Assembly (NCBI GenBank): GCA_951406725.2
Contig: OX597831.1
Span: 39,866,001 to 39,930,000, forward strand
DNA length: 64,000 bases
Source: Octopus vulgaris
Lineage: Eukaryota
Direction: 5' to 3'
Both the position numbers and the translations under genes were made by a program. The notes under the pieces were generated by a model that was given only the letters and a program-made list of their open reading frames with translations, had not been told where the DNA came from and did not search any database. Shown in pieces: positions 39,182-55,286 of the stretch. Position 1 is the stretch's first letter; each line of letters begins with the position of its first letter.

Positions 39182-39399
39182 TTAAAAGCACGAAACACTA
39201 AGTATTTTTTGCTACGATAACTGACGAGGAAAGAGCAGTGTCTATGTCTTCCATGTTGAATTTTCTATTTGTACTGTTGTTGGTGTTCCTGTTTCATTCT
39301 TGGAACCACACACACAATATTATAGCAAATAAGAATGGAGACTTATATATTCCCAAAATGTTTGTTTATTACAGTATTATGTAGAATACGTTCATGTAA

Positions 39400-41158
<1,759 letters not shown>

Positions 41159-41988
41159 TTCTCCATTATTGTTTTTAACGTCTTGAATACACACTCTGTT
41201 TACTCCTTTAACTTGTTTGAGTCATTTGACTGTGGTCATGCTGGAGCAATGCCTTTAGTCAAATAAATCGACCTCAGGACTTATTCTGATGAAATCCCGT
41301 GTAATTATTTATCTGAAGCAATTTCCCGTTTTACCTTATCATTTGTCGCAGTTAGCCAGAACCTGGATTATACTAGGGTACTTGTAAGGTACTTGCATGG
41401 GCTCAAAAATCCCTATTCTTTTACAGCATATGTACATACATGCATCCAAATGCATAGTTTTCCACGTAGTACAAATCTGTCATTGATCAGGTTGCAGTTT
41501 TGTGCACTAGACTGGATGAACTAGACAAAGCAGGAGGCGACATCGATTGATGTAAGAGTTCCTGGGGCGGTAACAGGTGTGTGACAAGATTTCGTGACAA
41601 TGGTCAACATGTGAAAAATGACTGTATAGTGTGTGTGTCTATTTGGTAAGGAATAATACAAGAAATGACCATCCCAAAATATAACGCAGTTTTGACTCCA
41701 TTATACAAATAAATGTTTAAATGAAGTTAATGGTCTTTGTGTGTTATGACGGGTGTATGTTTTTGAACAATGATAAATAAGGGTGGGTGTATTATATAAC
41801 ATATAATGTAAATTCTCGATCTCTTGAACATTATTCTACTTCCCTAAAGTGTAGAACAATAACTTGGTGACAGCTTGGACCGATTCCAAACGATTGGTGG
41901 GCAGATAATCTCAAGAATCAATAATTTTTCAAACTTGACATGTCTTTAAAAGAAAAAGACATTGCGATTGTGTGTGTGTGTGTGTATG

Positions 41989-42042
<54 letters not shown>

Positions 42043-42210
42043 CATGTATGATAGGTTTACCCAGTTTTTGCTTACTAAATTCACTTAAGCATCGTTTGGA
42101 CTGGGGCTGCTAAAATAGAACACACTTGCCCAGAGTGCCATTCAGTAGGGTTTAACTTGAAACTATGTGGTAACAAAATAAGCTTTGTAACCACACAGCC
42201 ATTGTGTGTG

Positions 42211-42520
42211 TTCTTTTATTCTTCTGTATGTTTCAGCTTTGAGGCTGCGGCCGTGCTGGGGCACCACCAGTGTAATCACCTTTTAATTGGCCAATTCTAT
42301 TGGATGGTGAAGGAGGGAGTTCGATACTGCAGCCCTCTTTTGAGTTTCGTGCCTTGATATCAGTTCATCTGGGATCTTCGATAGAAAGAAGTCGAGTTGT
42401 TTCTTGAAAACATCTATTCCCACTCCACTGAGGTCCCTCAGATGTTTGGCAAGGTGTTAAATAGCTGTGGACCCTTGAACCCCAAGCTATTGCAGTACCT
42501 GGTCCCTGCCTTTGATGAGG
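42211..42520 (-). mobile_element. CR1/L2-like LINE 3' end
   Basis: Minus translation RYCNSLGFKGPQLFNTL / KHLRDLSGVGIDVFKKQLDFFLSKIPDE...RAAVSNSL (one frameshift), followed by the tail ggtggtgccccagcacggccgcagcc...gctgaaac. Confidence 0.8.
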
Positions 42521-43308
42521 CACACACACACACACGTGCACATACACACACACACACACATGTACACATAGGTGAGCACATAAGCGCAAAACAAGGTGGA
42601 ATAGTACTTGAATGCCATATATGTGTATATATATATCTGACCCTTCATCCATCTCTTCTTTTTCTAATTTGTTCCCTGTCTTATTTCACTCTCTTTTTAT
42701 TCCTGCAAAATTGCCTTTAAGGCATTCAAAGTGGTTTATTCTGATCACAATGACAACAGCAACAACAATAACAAGAACCAACATGCAATAAGCACTCCAA
42801 ACCACCTTCTGGGGCCATTCCATTTAGTTTCAAAATCATGCACAGCTGACAATATAAAAGTATTACCTCACAGCCATTTCATTGGTGCAATGTCTTTCAA
42901 TTCACCTAACCACCCATCTATCCATCCAAACCTACCTGGTTCTTTTATGGCTTAACTTTAAACTGTCAACTGGCTTAATTGGTATTTTAGCACCCACTTT
43001 CACCACCCTCCATCCCTTTCCACCATCTCTCATTCCAACTCACTGGACATGGATGGAGAAAGTGTGAGCAGTCATTCTGTTTTGAATGCCTTATCTACCT
43101 ACCGTATTTTCTTACCTGTCTATCTATCCTAGCTCTGTATTTTTCTATATCTATCTGATTATCAACCTATCCTTACCTACCTGTCTATCTGTCCATCTAC
43201 CCATCCATGCATCCATCTCTATCTTTGTTTACCTATCTCTGTCTATGTATCTATCTATCTATCTATTTATCTCTCTCTATCTCTATCTATTTATCTATCT
43301 CTATTTAG

Positions 43309-43354
<46 letters not shown>

Positions 43355-44877
43355 ATTTATTTATTGTGCTGTCACATGCCTCTACCTGGCCAGGTTATCC
43401 TGATTGCATTTTGTGTTTTCCATGTACCCAGCCACTCATCATCATCACCATTACACTGCTGCTTCTTTGATTGATTACTCTTCTTAACGCATCTGGCTCT
43501 CTCTCTCCCTATCCTCCACCTCTCACTCTCCTTACCCTCCACCCTTCTCTCTCTCTCTCCCTCCCTCCCTCCCTCCCTCTACTTTCAGTTTCTGTTTTAT
43601 GCCTGTTTGTCTCAGTCTCTCATCTTTATCTCTTTGTGAACCAACACTGCAGCTATGACTGACCTCTACCGCTACTACTACTACAACTACTACCACTATT
43701 GCTACTGCTACTACTGTTAATCCATCACAGCTACTGTGACCACTACCATCTCTACCACCATCACCACTACCTCCACCTATTAAAGCACCACCACCATCAT
43801 CATCATCATCATCATCATCATGCTCATCATTAACACCAAACTAAGTTATTTGGAAGGAGTTAGTCTCCACCCTACATACTGGCTCACCCAGTCAGTCTTT
43901 CTTCTTTCTTTATCTACCACCATTACCATCATCGTTCAAACAGTTTGCTGTTTCCACCATCATAACAACCATTACCAACCAATACTTTTATTGTAGAAGA
44001 ATAAACAGTTTATTGCACTTCAAATTTATCAGTAAAATCTTATATGGACCCCTAAAGGCCATATAAACCCTGGTTAGGGACTACTGCTCTGTGGTTACTT
44101 GATCCATAAAAAATAGCAGCTAGATCTCCCTTAAATTACACCTTAATGTCTTAGAATAGAAAGGGGAACATTGGATAATGTGGTTCTCGGTGTCTTGCGT
44201 GTAGGAAAAAAAGATGGCATGGTCAAGGTTGGAGAATCTTTGATCATAGTTATTCTTGATTGGGGCTGACCTGGGGGTTACACAACGGCAGCGACCACAA
44301 CTGCAACAACTCTTGATGCCGTGATCCTTGTCTGTGTGTCACCTCCAGCACGCCGCCACCATTAACATCACCACCACTGTCTTACAGGTGTCAACACTCA
44401 CCCCCCCCCCCCTCATCATCACCGTCTCCACCATAAAAGAAGCACTGTAAGCTTGAATATTCCATTAAGCTAAATGGAGAGGTACAGCATTGAGGTCAGA
44501 CAGACAGGCAGACAGACAGCGGCATATACTTCTGAGTTGTAAAATTGATGGGTTTTTTTGGTTTTTTAAATCTCTGAGCGCTTCCCTTGCCAAATAAGAA
44601 CAACAACAATAACAATCATAACAACAACAACAACAATAACAACAGCAGTTTCCAAACTGATTTCAATTGCCACAGCCTTCAAGCAACTTAACGAAAGATA
44701 ATTAGGTGATCAATACATGGTAAATGATAGCAATTACCAGCGTTTTTAACCACCTTCCCTATGATAAGACACTGGTGACGCGACTGAGAGACAGCGTAGG
44801 AAGTTGCTCTTTTTCAGTCATATCGAACAAAGAGCAATTTTCTAGGAGCGGAGGTGGGTGGCAATGTTTAACTAGAC

Positions 44878-44928
<51 letters not shown>

Positions 44929-45186
44929 GTATGAACATTGTTGGCAATCATTGTCTCCCTTCTGTGTCCCAAACTAGGACAATCTTCATTTTAGTTTTCA
45001 TTGTCTTGGGAAATCTCTTTAAAAGTCTCTGTGTTCTGCTGTCTTCTGTTTTGTACTATTTGTTTAACCTTTACCACACTGTAGGTGCATCATGTCACCG
45101 TATTAGTTTTCTCCCTTGTTGTAACAGAGCAGTGGCTAGGGAAACAGTTCTAGAGAAAATGCAGGGTGCTGAGGTTTAAGTAGTAG

Positions 45187-45240
<54 letters not shown>

Positions 45241-45313
45241 TTTTACTTGAAGTCTGATAGTTATTCTATCAGCTTTCTGTTTCCTTTTTTGTTTTTTGTT
45301 TTCTTTTTAAAGT

Positions 45314-45683
45314 CTAGTGCTTATTCCATCGGTCTTTTTTTTTTATTTTTTGCCAAACTGCTAGGTTACAGGGTTGTGGCAAAAACAAACCAGCACTAAT
45401 GCTAAGTGTGGAAAGGGACAGACAACTACAAAAACAGACACGCACACGCCCGCCTGCATGCACACACATACATACATATGACTGCACACACATACACACA
45501 TATGACGGCACACACATACATATTGGGATTCCACACAGTTTCTGTCTACAAATTCAATCCCAAGGCATCAGTTGGCCCAAGGCTATGGTACAAGACGCTT
45601 GTCTGCGGTGCCACGCAGTGAGACTGAACCTGGAACCATTTGGTTGGGAATCAAGCTTCTTACCACACAACCACCACTGCACC
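45314..45683 (-). mobile_element. Diverged SINE family A
   Basis: gtgccacgcagtgagactgaacctggaacc and upstream body homology. Confidence 0.7.
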
Positions 45684-45999
45684 TATTTAACAAATTTCTT
45701 CCCTTTGTATATCTGGGTCTATATTACATTCTATATGGTTTCTGGAAGATAGCAGGATGTAATTTGGTTGCTACTTCAGGCTGGTGAGCCAACTGTCTGC
45801 TTTGAGTAGTAGACCCCAAACTTTACATTACTGAGGATCAGTTAAGAAGTTTGGTTCCCAGCCCCTACATTTTTTGGTTCAATCCCACAGTGCTGCACTT
45901 TGGGTGAGTGTCTTCTGTTACAGACCTCTACTGGCCAAATCCTTGTGGATGGATTTGGCTGATGGACACTGAAGGAAGCTTCTTTGTTTGTGAGTGTAT

Positions 46000-46330
46000 A
46001 TGTGGCTTAGTGGTTAGGGCATTCGGCTCATGGTCATATAGTTTTGAGTTCAGTTCCTAGCAGCATCTTGTCCTTGAGCAAGACACTTTATTTCATTTCA
46101 CATTGCTCCAGTCCACTGAGCTGGCAAAAATGATTTGTACTTGTAGTTCAAAGGGCCAGCCTTGTCACACTCCTTACCAATCATGTCACATTGTGCCATG
46201 CTGAATCTCCATGAGCACTACATTAAGGGTACATATGTTTGTGGAGGGCTCAGTCATTTTCATGTTCATTTCACATACGTGTCCCTTTGATTGGATCAAC
46301 TGAAGGGGTCAGTTTCCTGACTGACAGAAT
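46000..46330 (+). mobile_element. tRNA-derived SINE with a CORE-like domain
   Basis: tggcttagtggttag head and gtccttgagcaagacacttt...gctccagtccact.agctgg. Confidence 0.7.
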
Positions 46331-47379
46331 GCCAGTTGGCATATGTGTGTGTGTGTGTGTGTGTGTTCTATTGATAATCGTGCAATGTATGTAAATGACC
46401 GTCACCATCATACAAGCAATATCAATTTTACATGGGTGCATATCTAGCCAGGGGGGAGTTATTACCTTCTTTGGAAATAGGTGTGGGTTGGTGACTGGAA
46501 GGGCATCCAGCTGTAGAAATATCTGCCTTTTCAATGAATTGCATCTCACCCATGCAGGCATCCGAAAGTGAACTTGAAAATGGTAAAACTACACAGACAC
46601 ACACACACACAATGAGCGTCTTTCAGTTTCCATCTAGCAAATCTATTTGCATTATCTTCATCAACCCAGAGCTATAGGGAAAGACACACGCAGAAGATGC
46701 CACAGAATGGGACTGAACTGAGAACCATGTGGTCGGAAAGCAAACTTGATAAATCACATAGCCATGCCTGAGCAATTATGCAGAGGCCTCGCATTCTTGT
46801 CTAAATGTTTGTTATGGTATCAAGGAATATCTGCTTCAGTGAAATCCTCTGAAATTCTTCTATTCCCAGCAGCCTCTTCTCTTGTTTTAACTCTTTACCC
46901 TTCAGTTACAATATTAGATTACAAACGGTGAAATCCCATGACATGGCTATTGTAATTTGGTGAATTTTCCGATATCAAATAACCGGTATGTAGAACGCTT
47001 TCAAGATGAACTGACTCGCTCACTGACCAAGTGGATGTAAAACTGCGATTTGCTGATTTCGTATATAAGGCATTGTTTAATAAATATAGTTGCTCTTATT
47101 TATTAAGCGACTCTTTCCATCTTAATATTTTAAAATCTGCTGGTTTAGGAGACAGCGGACTTGCTGCCACCACTATAACCACCACTACTGCTGCTGCCGC
47201 TGTCGCTTTTGCTTAATTATGGCTGTGCTTTTTAACTGGTGTCTTACCTTGTTTCGGTTGAAATACACTGCCTTTGTTCCAATTAATTTTGAATATAACG
47301 AAGAACCTAATGAAAGAACTTTTCCATTCATTATTAAGCTGGCATTTGGAACGTAAATTAGCGTGAAATTTTGCACCAC

Positions 47380-47732
47380 TTTGAAGAGTTTTAGTTGAAC
47401 AAACTGACCCCAGGCATAATTTTCTGTAAGCCTAGTACTTATTCTGTCGGTTGTCAAGTGATGGTAGGGGACAAATACAGACAGACCCCACACCACTACA
47501 CACACATATACATATATACATACGTATGTTTCCATCTACCAAGTGGACTTTGTCGATTGAAACAGAAAGAAATCCATTCTATTAATGTATACACACACAC
47601 AGTGGGCTTCTCTTTCTGTTTTAACCAACAAAGTCCACTCACGAGGCTTTGGTCAACTTGAGGCTATAGTAGAAGGTACTTGCCCAAGGTACTATGCAGC
47701 AGGACGAAGCCAGGAACCATGTGGTTGGAAAG
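47380..47732 (-). mobile_element. Diverged SINE family A
   Basis: gtaagcctagtacttattct and gaggctatagtagaag motifs. Confidence 0.7.
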
Positions 47733-47787
47733 TAATATATATATATATATATATATACAAAATTAGAAAATGGAGAAACATACTTAA

Positions 47788-48007
47788 CCCTTTAGTGTTC
47801 TGATTACTCTATTAAATGTAATACTTTTTCGCTCAAATTGTTTTGAATTAATCATGCATTATCTTATAGCTTTGAGGTTTCAATGATGTAATTGTTTATT
47901 TTTAGAATGTCACTGTAGGTTAGGTGTGAGAGGCTAGATATGGCCAGTTTGAATATAAAACATGTAGAATATTTGGGCCGGATATGGCCGGTTTAAACAC
48001 TAAAGGG
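47788..48007. mobile_element. piggyBac-type MITE (family P2)
   Basis: TTAA TSD and a perfect TIR ccctttagtgtt/aacactaaaggg. Confidence 0.9.
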
Positions 48008-48125
48008 TTAAATCAATCAAACATCAACCATCAGATAATACCCAATCAATACTTTATTACACCATTACATAACAGCAAAGACATTATACAAAATATATTG
48101 TAAATATAATTAGACAAGGAAATAG

Positions 48126-48166
<41 letters not shown>

Positions 48167-48260
48167 TATCGGAAATGGCGGTGCCCCAGCATGGCCACAG
48201 CTCATAAGCTGAAACTAGAATCAATCAATCAATCAATCATATATATATATATATATAATA

Positions 48261-48470
48261 GTTAATCCAAACATGAAAACTCAAAGAGAAAACACAACAC
48301 AAGTACGTGGAACGAGTATAGTGTTATTGGACGCTCAGGAAAGGAAAGAAAGAAGAAGGATTTACCGTTTTGAGCAAAGCCTTTCGTCAGAAACATAGGA
48401 AAAGGAAAGATCCAAGGAAGGGAAGACGGAGGAAAAAAATCGCCAATGATGCACACATAGTCACATATTG
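48261..48470 (-). mobile_element. (TA)n-embedded short element with a decayed hammerhead-like core
   Basis: Flanked by (TA)n. Minus strand reads CTGACGA aaggc ttt gctc AAAAC. Confidence 0.45.
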
Positions 48471-49519
48471 AATGTATATATAAAGGGAGAGAGAGAGAGA
48501 GAGAGAGATTGATGAATCGATAGAAATAGTTCCATGTGTGCATGGGTTTGTGTCCAGACATCATGTGATGGTTGTAAATAACATCAACTTACGAGCAAGG
48601 TTGCCTGTTTCCAGTCTTCCGTGGAAACCGAGAGTTGGTGGCAGGAAGAGCATCCAACCGTTGAAAAGCTACTGCCACAAAATCTATCTGACCCATGCAA
48701 GCATGGAAAAGTGTACATTAAATGATGACTATGTGGATGTGGGGTCGGGGTGATTGAGATGATGAACAAGATGAAACACAGAAAAAAATATATAAAACAG
48801 GTGAAAGAAGAAAGACACCACTCTGAAGCTAATCAACAAAGCTGGGCCCAGCCTTCTTCTAATTACATATATGCACAGTAAGGACTGCAACTTGTGTCCT
48901 GCAAATGAACCACTTAGGAATTTTGCAGTGTTGATGCCTGTGCTTAAAGTGGCATCCGATTCTGTCTAGTCTGTTGTACCTATTTACAGACAGATGGACT
49001 GAGGCATTTGAGATCTCTCTATGCACAGTTTGTTTATGTGCCTGCAGGTACATGTCTGTGTTATAAACAATTCGTGTTTGTATTTGTCCTTGTGTTGTAT
49101 GTCAAAGCTGTACGCAGTTTATAGGAACAATTAGCAAATGAAAAGTCATGTTTCTCTATTTTTCTCTCTATTACACTTTCTTCCTATCTCTCTCTCTCTC
49201 TCTTCCCCCTCTCTCTCTGCGATCCTTGTAGCACCGCCACCATGTCCATCTACACATTCAGCCCCACCATCAATTCCACTTTCACTACAACCACAACCTC
49301 TTCTATCACTACCTCTCTTTCTCTCTCTTTATTTCTCTATCTTTCTCCTTATTTCTCTATCTTTCTATCTCTCTCTTTATTTCCCTATGTCTCTCTCCCC
49401 TTATTTCTGTCTTTGTTCATTCTATCTCTACATCCCACGATCACTATCACATCCACCTCCACCACCACCATATCCACCTGCACATTCCCCTCCAGCAACA
49501 TAGCCACCACTACAACTAC

Positions 49520-49655
49520 CTCCACCACACCAATCTCTACCACCATGCCTACCCCTGCAACACCTCCACCACACCCATCTCTACCACCATGCCTACCCCT
49601 GCAACACCTCCACCACACCCATCTCTACCACCATGCCTACCCCTGCACCACCTCC
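49520..49655. repeat. ~44-bp unit x3 (ccacacccatctctaccaccatgcctacccctgcaacacct..)
   Basis: Directly visible. Confidence 0.85.
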
Positions 49656-49949
49656 GCCACCAACACCACCATTAAGTCCACCGCTGTCACCACCAGCACC
49701 GCCACCTCATTGATTTCTTAGTCCTTGATTATTTGACATCCTTTTGACGCTCTCCTTTCTTTTGGAAGCACTTAACTTCATCATTATCGTCAAAGCCGTC
49801 ATCGTTGTCGTCGTCAACGTCAATTGGTATAGGTGTTAAATCAGACCCCCACAAGTAGCCAGAATAGATTGGATAGTACTGGTCAATAATGTCCTTGAAG
49901 CTGTATTTCATTGGCCATCTGTAGAAACTAGGCTAAGTCTTACTATCAT

Positions 49950-49976
49950 CTCTCTTTTTCCCTTGCCTTGTTTCCA

Positions 49977-50030
<54 letters not shown>

Positions 50031-50855
50031 TTTACTTCTTTCTCTCTCCTCACTCTCTTTTAATTTCTCTCTTTGTTATTTTCTCTATCGCTTCTTTAGT
50101 ATCTTTTCCCTCTCTCTATTCCCATTCTCTTTCCATAGTCTCTTTCTCCCTGTCTCTCTTTCACTTTTTCCTTATTTCTGTCTTTCTCTCTTGATCTTTC
50201 CCTCTTTTATTTTTCAGTCTCTCTCCTTATGTCTCTGTCTCTCTCTCTCTATTTCTCTAACTTTCTCCTTATATCTCTCTTTCTCTGTCTCTTTATTTCC
50301 CTATCTCTCTCTCTCTCCTTACCTCTATCTTTGTTTCACTCTGTCTTTCCCCCCCTCCTTATTTCTGTCTGTCTCTCTCTATCTCTCTCCTTATTTATCT
50401 CTCTCTCTCTCTTCTCTGTCTCTCTCTCTTTATTTCCCCTCTCTCTCTCTCTCTTTTTATTTCTGTCTTTGTTCACTCTATCTCTCCCTCCCTCCTTATT
50501 TCTGTCTTCCTCTCTTTCCTTATTTCTCTGTCTTTGTTCTCTCTATCTATCCCTCCTTATTTTCTGTCTCTTCTTGGATATCTTCTCTCCTGCTCTGTTG
50601 TCCCACCCCTCCCCTTTCACAGTCTCTCTCTCTCTCTTTCTCTCTGTGCTTTCATCTCTTATTCTATTCATTCTCTCTTTCCATTTTCCAGCCACAGTAT
50701 TTCTTTTTCATACACACACACACATACACACACAAGCATATAATCATAGACACACACAGCATACAGTATTGGTATCCCCCCCTACACACATGCTCATATA
50801 TATTTTCTTATTCGTTCAATTGTTTCAGTCATTTGACTGTGGCCATGCTGGAGTG

Positions 50856-50886
<31 letters not shown>

Positions 50887-51179
50887 ACAGCTCTGCATTG
50901 CACACACAAACGTGTACAAATATGGACAAGCTCCTGACCAAGCACACACACTCATGCACACACACACACAACTTAGCCTTTTGCATTCCATCCTAATTCT
51001 CTCTTTAGCTCTCTTTCTTTCTCTCTCTCTCTCTCACCCCTACCTCCTCTTTACCTTGTTAACCCTCCCTTTTCCAGACGTATCTCTCTCCCTCTCTCCC
51101 TTTTTGTTTCCCTCTCCTATTTGTCTCTCTCTCTCTCTTACAACCTTTAAATATTGTCATTGTTTCTTTGTCAGCATCT

Positions 51180-51254
<75 letters not shown>

Positions 51255-51490
51255 ACACACATTTTCTCTCTGTTTTCTGATATGCTTTTTCAACCTCTAC
51301 ATCTATTACACTCTCCCCTCCTCCTCCTCCTCCTGTCTCTATTTCCCCATGTCTTTATATTACTAAACTTCCTCTCTCTCTTTTACCACATTTACAAGTC
51401 TCTCTCTCTCTCTCTCTTATGGCATTTATAAGTCTCTCTCTCTCTCTGCATATATTGCCATTCTTTCTCTTTCTATACCTCACTCTCTCT
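49950..51490. repeat. Long CT-rich low-complexity blocks
   Basis: Directly visible. Confidence 0.9.
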
Positions 51491-52065
51491 TTCGTCTTCT
51501 AGCTGTTCTCTTCTGCACTCCACCATATTTTTATTGTCTGTCTCTCTTTGTTTCCCTCTACATCTCTGATCTTCCTCTCTTATTCTCTGTTACTGCTTCT
51601 TACCTTTCTCTATCTGTGCTCCTTTCCCGACATCCCCTCCTTTCTAACAGCTCCATCTCTAGTAACTTTCTCTCTCTCTCTCTCACTCACACACACACAC
51701 AGTATATAAAAACTTGGTTTGTGTCAATCATTGTTAGTCTTTGCACAGTTTGTCAAACTGTAATTTCATTGGCTAATACCTCAGCCAATCGAATCAGCTA
51801 TAGTAAGCTATGTCCTCCCTGCTGACCACTGCATGAAACCTAGTGGAGTCCTCATAGATTTTAATATGTTCCTTGTAACTTTATTACTGGACAAGCTTTT
51901 CTAGTATGTATTGAGATTCGTTAGCACATCAGTAAAAGTGCCTAGCGGGGTTCATTCCAGCTCTTTATGTTTGTGAGTTCAAATCGGGCTGAGGTCAAAT
52001 TTGTAGCCTGTTCTCTTAGGGGTTGATAAAGTGTCAGTAAAGTACCAGAGTCAGTGGTATTGATG

Positions 52066-52296
52066 AAGGCAGCGAGCTGGCAGAAACGTTAGCACATCGG
52101 GCGAAATGCTTAGCGATATTTCGTCTGCTGTTGCGTTCTGAGTTCAAATTCCGCCGAGGTCGACTTTGCCTTTCATCCTTTCGAGGTCGATAAATTAAGT
52201 ACCAGTTACGCACTGGGGTCGATATAATCGACTTAATCCATTTGTCTGTCCTTGTTTGTCCCCTCTGTGTAGCCCCTTGTGGGCAGTAAAGAAATA
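52066..52296 (+). mobile_element. SINE family B, young copy with 10-bp TSD, nested in an older B copy
   Basis: TSD ggtattgatg at 52056-52065 and 52297-52306. The older host copy starts near 51915. Confidence 0.92.
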
Positions 52297-52334
52297 GGTA
52301 TTGATGCCCCCTATCCCCCTCATATATATCCTTT

Positions 52335-52790
52335 ATCTCTTGAATTTTACTTGTTTCAATCATTTGATTATGGCCATGCTGGAGCCCAATCACACTTAAA
52401 GGGTTTTAGTCACATGTATCTACTCCAGCATTTGTTGTTTTATAAAGCCTGTGGAATGTCTCCATCAGTCTCTTTTCCTGAATCGCTAAGTTATGGGAAC
52501 ACGATCGACCCAACCCCGGTTTTCGAGCAACGGTGGTGGTGGTGGTGGTGGTGAGACAAACCCCACATGCATTAAAGATAGTTTTTCATTTGTTTTAGTC
52601 ATTTGATTGCGGCCATGCTGGAGTACTGGCTTTAGTCAATCAAATTGACCCCAGGACTTTTTCTTTGTAAGCCTAGTACTTATACTGTCAGTCGCTCTTG
52701 CTGAACCACTAAGTTAAATGCACGTAAACACACCAACATCAGTTGTCAGGCTATGGCCGGGGGACAAGCACAGACACATACATACAAGTT
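52335..52790 (-). mobile_element. Two tandem 3' halves of SINE family A
   Basis: Two ttgttt...catttga..g.ggccatgctggag tails starting near 52350 and 52590. Confidence 0.7.
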
Positions 52791-52800
52791 TATACATATA

Positions 52801-52868
<68 letters not shown>

Positions 52869-52966
52869 TATATGTATGTATATATATGTATGTACATGTA
52901 TGTATATATATATATATGTGTATATATGTATGTATATATATGTATGTACATGTATGTATATATATA

Positions 52967-53011
<45 letters not shown>

Positions 53012-53026
53012 ATATATGTATGTATC

Positions 53027-53061
<35 letters not shown>

Positions 53062-53154
53062 ATATATGTATGTATCTATATATATATATATGTGTGTATG
53101 TATGTGTATATATATATGTGTGTGTGTGTGTATATAATTGTATGTATATATGTA

Positions 53155-53189
<35 letters not shown>

Positions 53190-53593
53190 TGTGTGTGTGT
53201 GTGTATGTATAATTGTATGTATGTATGTGTATATCCACATAGAGGTTTTTCTGTGTCACGTCCACTGGTCAAATCAACTTGTCTTTCTTGGTAATATATA
53301 AATGTCAAGAATCAAACCTAGCCTACCCACCTATGCTAGCTGTGGGGGTGGGATAGGGGAAAGAATGGAAAACAGTGAAGTGATCTTTCTCTCTCTCTCT
53401 CTCTCTCTTCATCTGTCTTTCTCTTTCACACACACACCCACACATATATATAAGGTCTCATAAAAATGCAAATACACACAGTTGTAGATGCTTGTGTTTC
53501 CTTACGCACATGCAAACACATGCCCACCCCACCCCCACACAGACACATATACACACATTGCCTCGCCCTCATGTGTACACACTCTCTATCTGC

Positions 53594-53638
<45 letters not shown>

Positions 53639-54236
53639 AGTCTCTCACACCCATGTTCCCTGTCACACACATAGAAACACAACTGCACAGACAAACATTC
53701 ACACACACAGACACACACACACACACACACACACACACTCATGCTGTCCTATACACACAGTCTCACACCCACATTCCCCATCACACACACACACAGTCGT
53801 AGACAAACACCCACACATATACACACTCACACAGTCTTACACACACACACACACACACACACGCACAATTCTTTATCCTGATGTTGCTGTAATTTCTAAT
53901 AAATTTCCTTGACATTTTTCCAGCTTTGTGCACTTTAAATTTCATTGTGCTATGGACTGTGTTTACACAGTGACGTTCTCCCCTATTCACAGGTGCATAC
54001 GGTAGCGCTTGTCTACACTGCACACCCCTTACACTGCAGATACACAGCGATTGCCGATATGGATATTACAAAAAAAGAGAAAGAGAGAAAAAGGAAAATG
54101 TTTGTTATTAAGTCTTTACTCAGAGGAGCAGACTTAATATTCTTTAACAGTTCTGAGTAAACAGAACAAAGCTATCAAGGAATTTCGAGGAGAGAACACA
54201 ATATGTGTATGTGTGTGTGTGTGTGTGTGTGTAATC

Positions 54237-54267
<31 letters not shown>

Positions 54268-54457
54268 CACACGCATGCACACACATATATATTCATACAT
54301 AGGTATATAGAGTGAAATCTGTGTGTCTATGTATGTATGTACTTGTGTGTAATGCCTGCATACATACACACATAGATAACGTGTATACTTGTCTGTGTAT
54401 GTATTTGTGTCTAATGTGTGCATATAGTTGTGTGTGTGTGTAATTATATTATATATA

Positions 54458-54497
<40 letters not shown>

Positions 54498-54499
<2 letters not shown>

Positions 54500-54659
54500 C
54501 ACAGATATGTCTGTGTGCTGAGAAGCTTGCTCCTCAACAACATGGTTCCGGGTTCAGTCCCACTGCATGGCACCTTGGGCAGGTGTTTTCTACTATTGCC
54601 TCAGGCCAACCAAAGTCTTGTGAATGGATTTGGTAGACAGAAACTGAAAGAAGCCCGTC

Positions 54660-54695
<36 letters not shown>

Positions 54696-54914
54696 GTGTG
54701 TGTGTGTCTGTATTTGTCCCCTATTCATCACTTGTCAATTGATGTTGGTGTGTTTACATCCCCGTAACTTAGCAGTTCGACAAAGTAGACTGACAGAATA
54801 AGTACTAGGCTTACAAAGAATAAGTACAGGGCTCGATTTGTTCGACTGAAGGTGTTGCTCCATCATGGCCATAGTCCAATGACTGAAACAAGTGAAAGAG
54901 TAAAGGGTAAAAGA
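54498..54914 (+). mobile_element. SINE family A
   Basis: Full-length homology. Confidence 0.85.
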
Positions 54915-54957
54915 AAGTATATGTATATATATATATGTAAGTTTGTGTGTGTGTATA

Positions 54958-55003
<46 letters not shown>

Positions 55004-55286
55004 TATGCACCAACACATGTACATATAAAAGTGCATAGGGTGCTTCTCAAACCTTTGACTCTGGGTACGGTTGTCATGTGACAAGTGTCTTCTATTTTAG
55101 TCTAAAGTAACCAAAAACCTTGAGACTGGAATTAGGTAGATGAAAGCATTCGGTGTGTGTGTCACGTGTGTGAGTAAGTCAGTGTACCTGTGAGTCTGTG
55201 TCATTGACTGAAACACTTCAAAATTTTGCCCCAGACTGGCCGTTGTTGGATGACAATCTAGCAAAAGAATTATAGAATAATGTGTA

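Noticed and set aside
49963-50996. Leu/Ser-rich membrane-like ORFs
   Set aside because: (CT)n low-complexity sequence.
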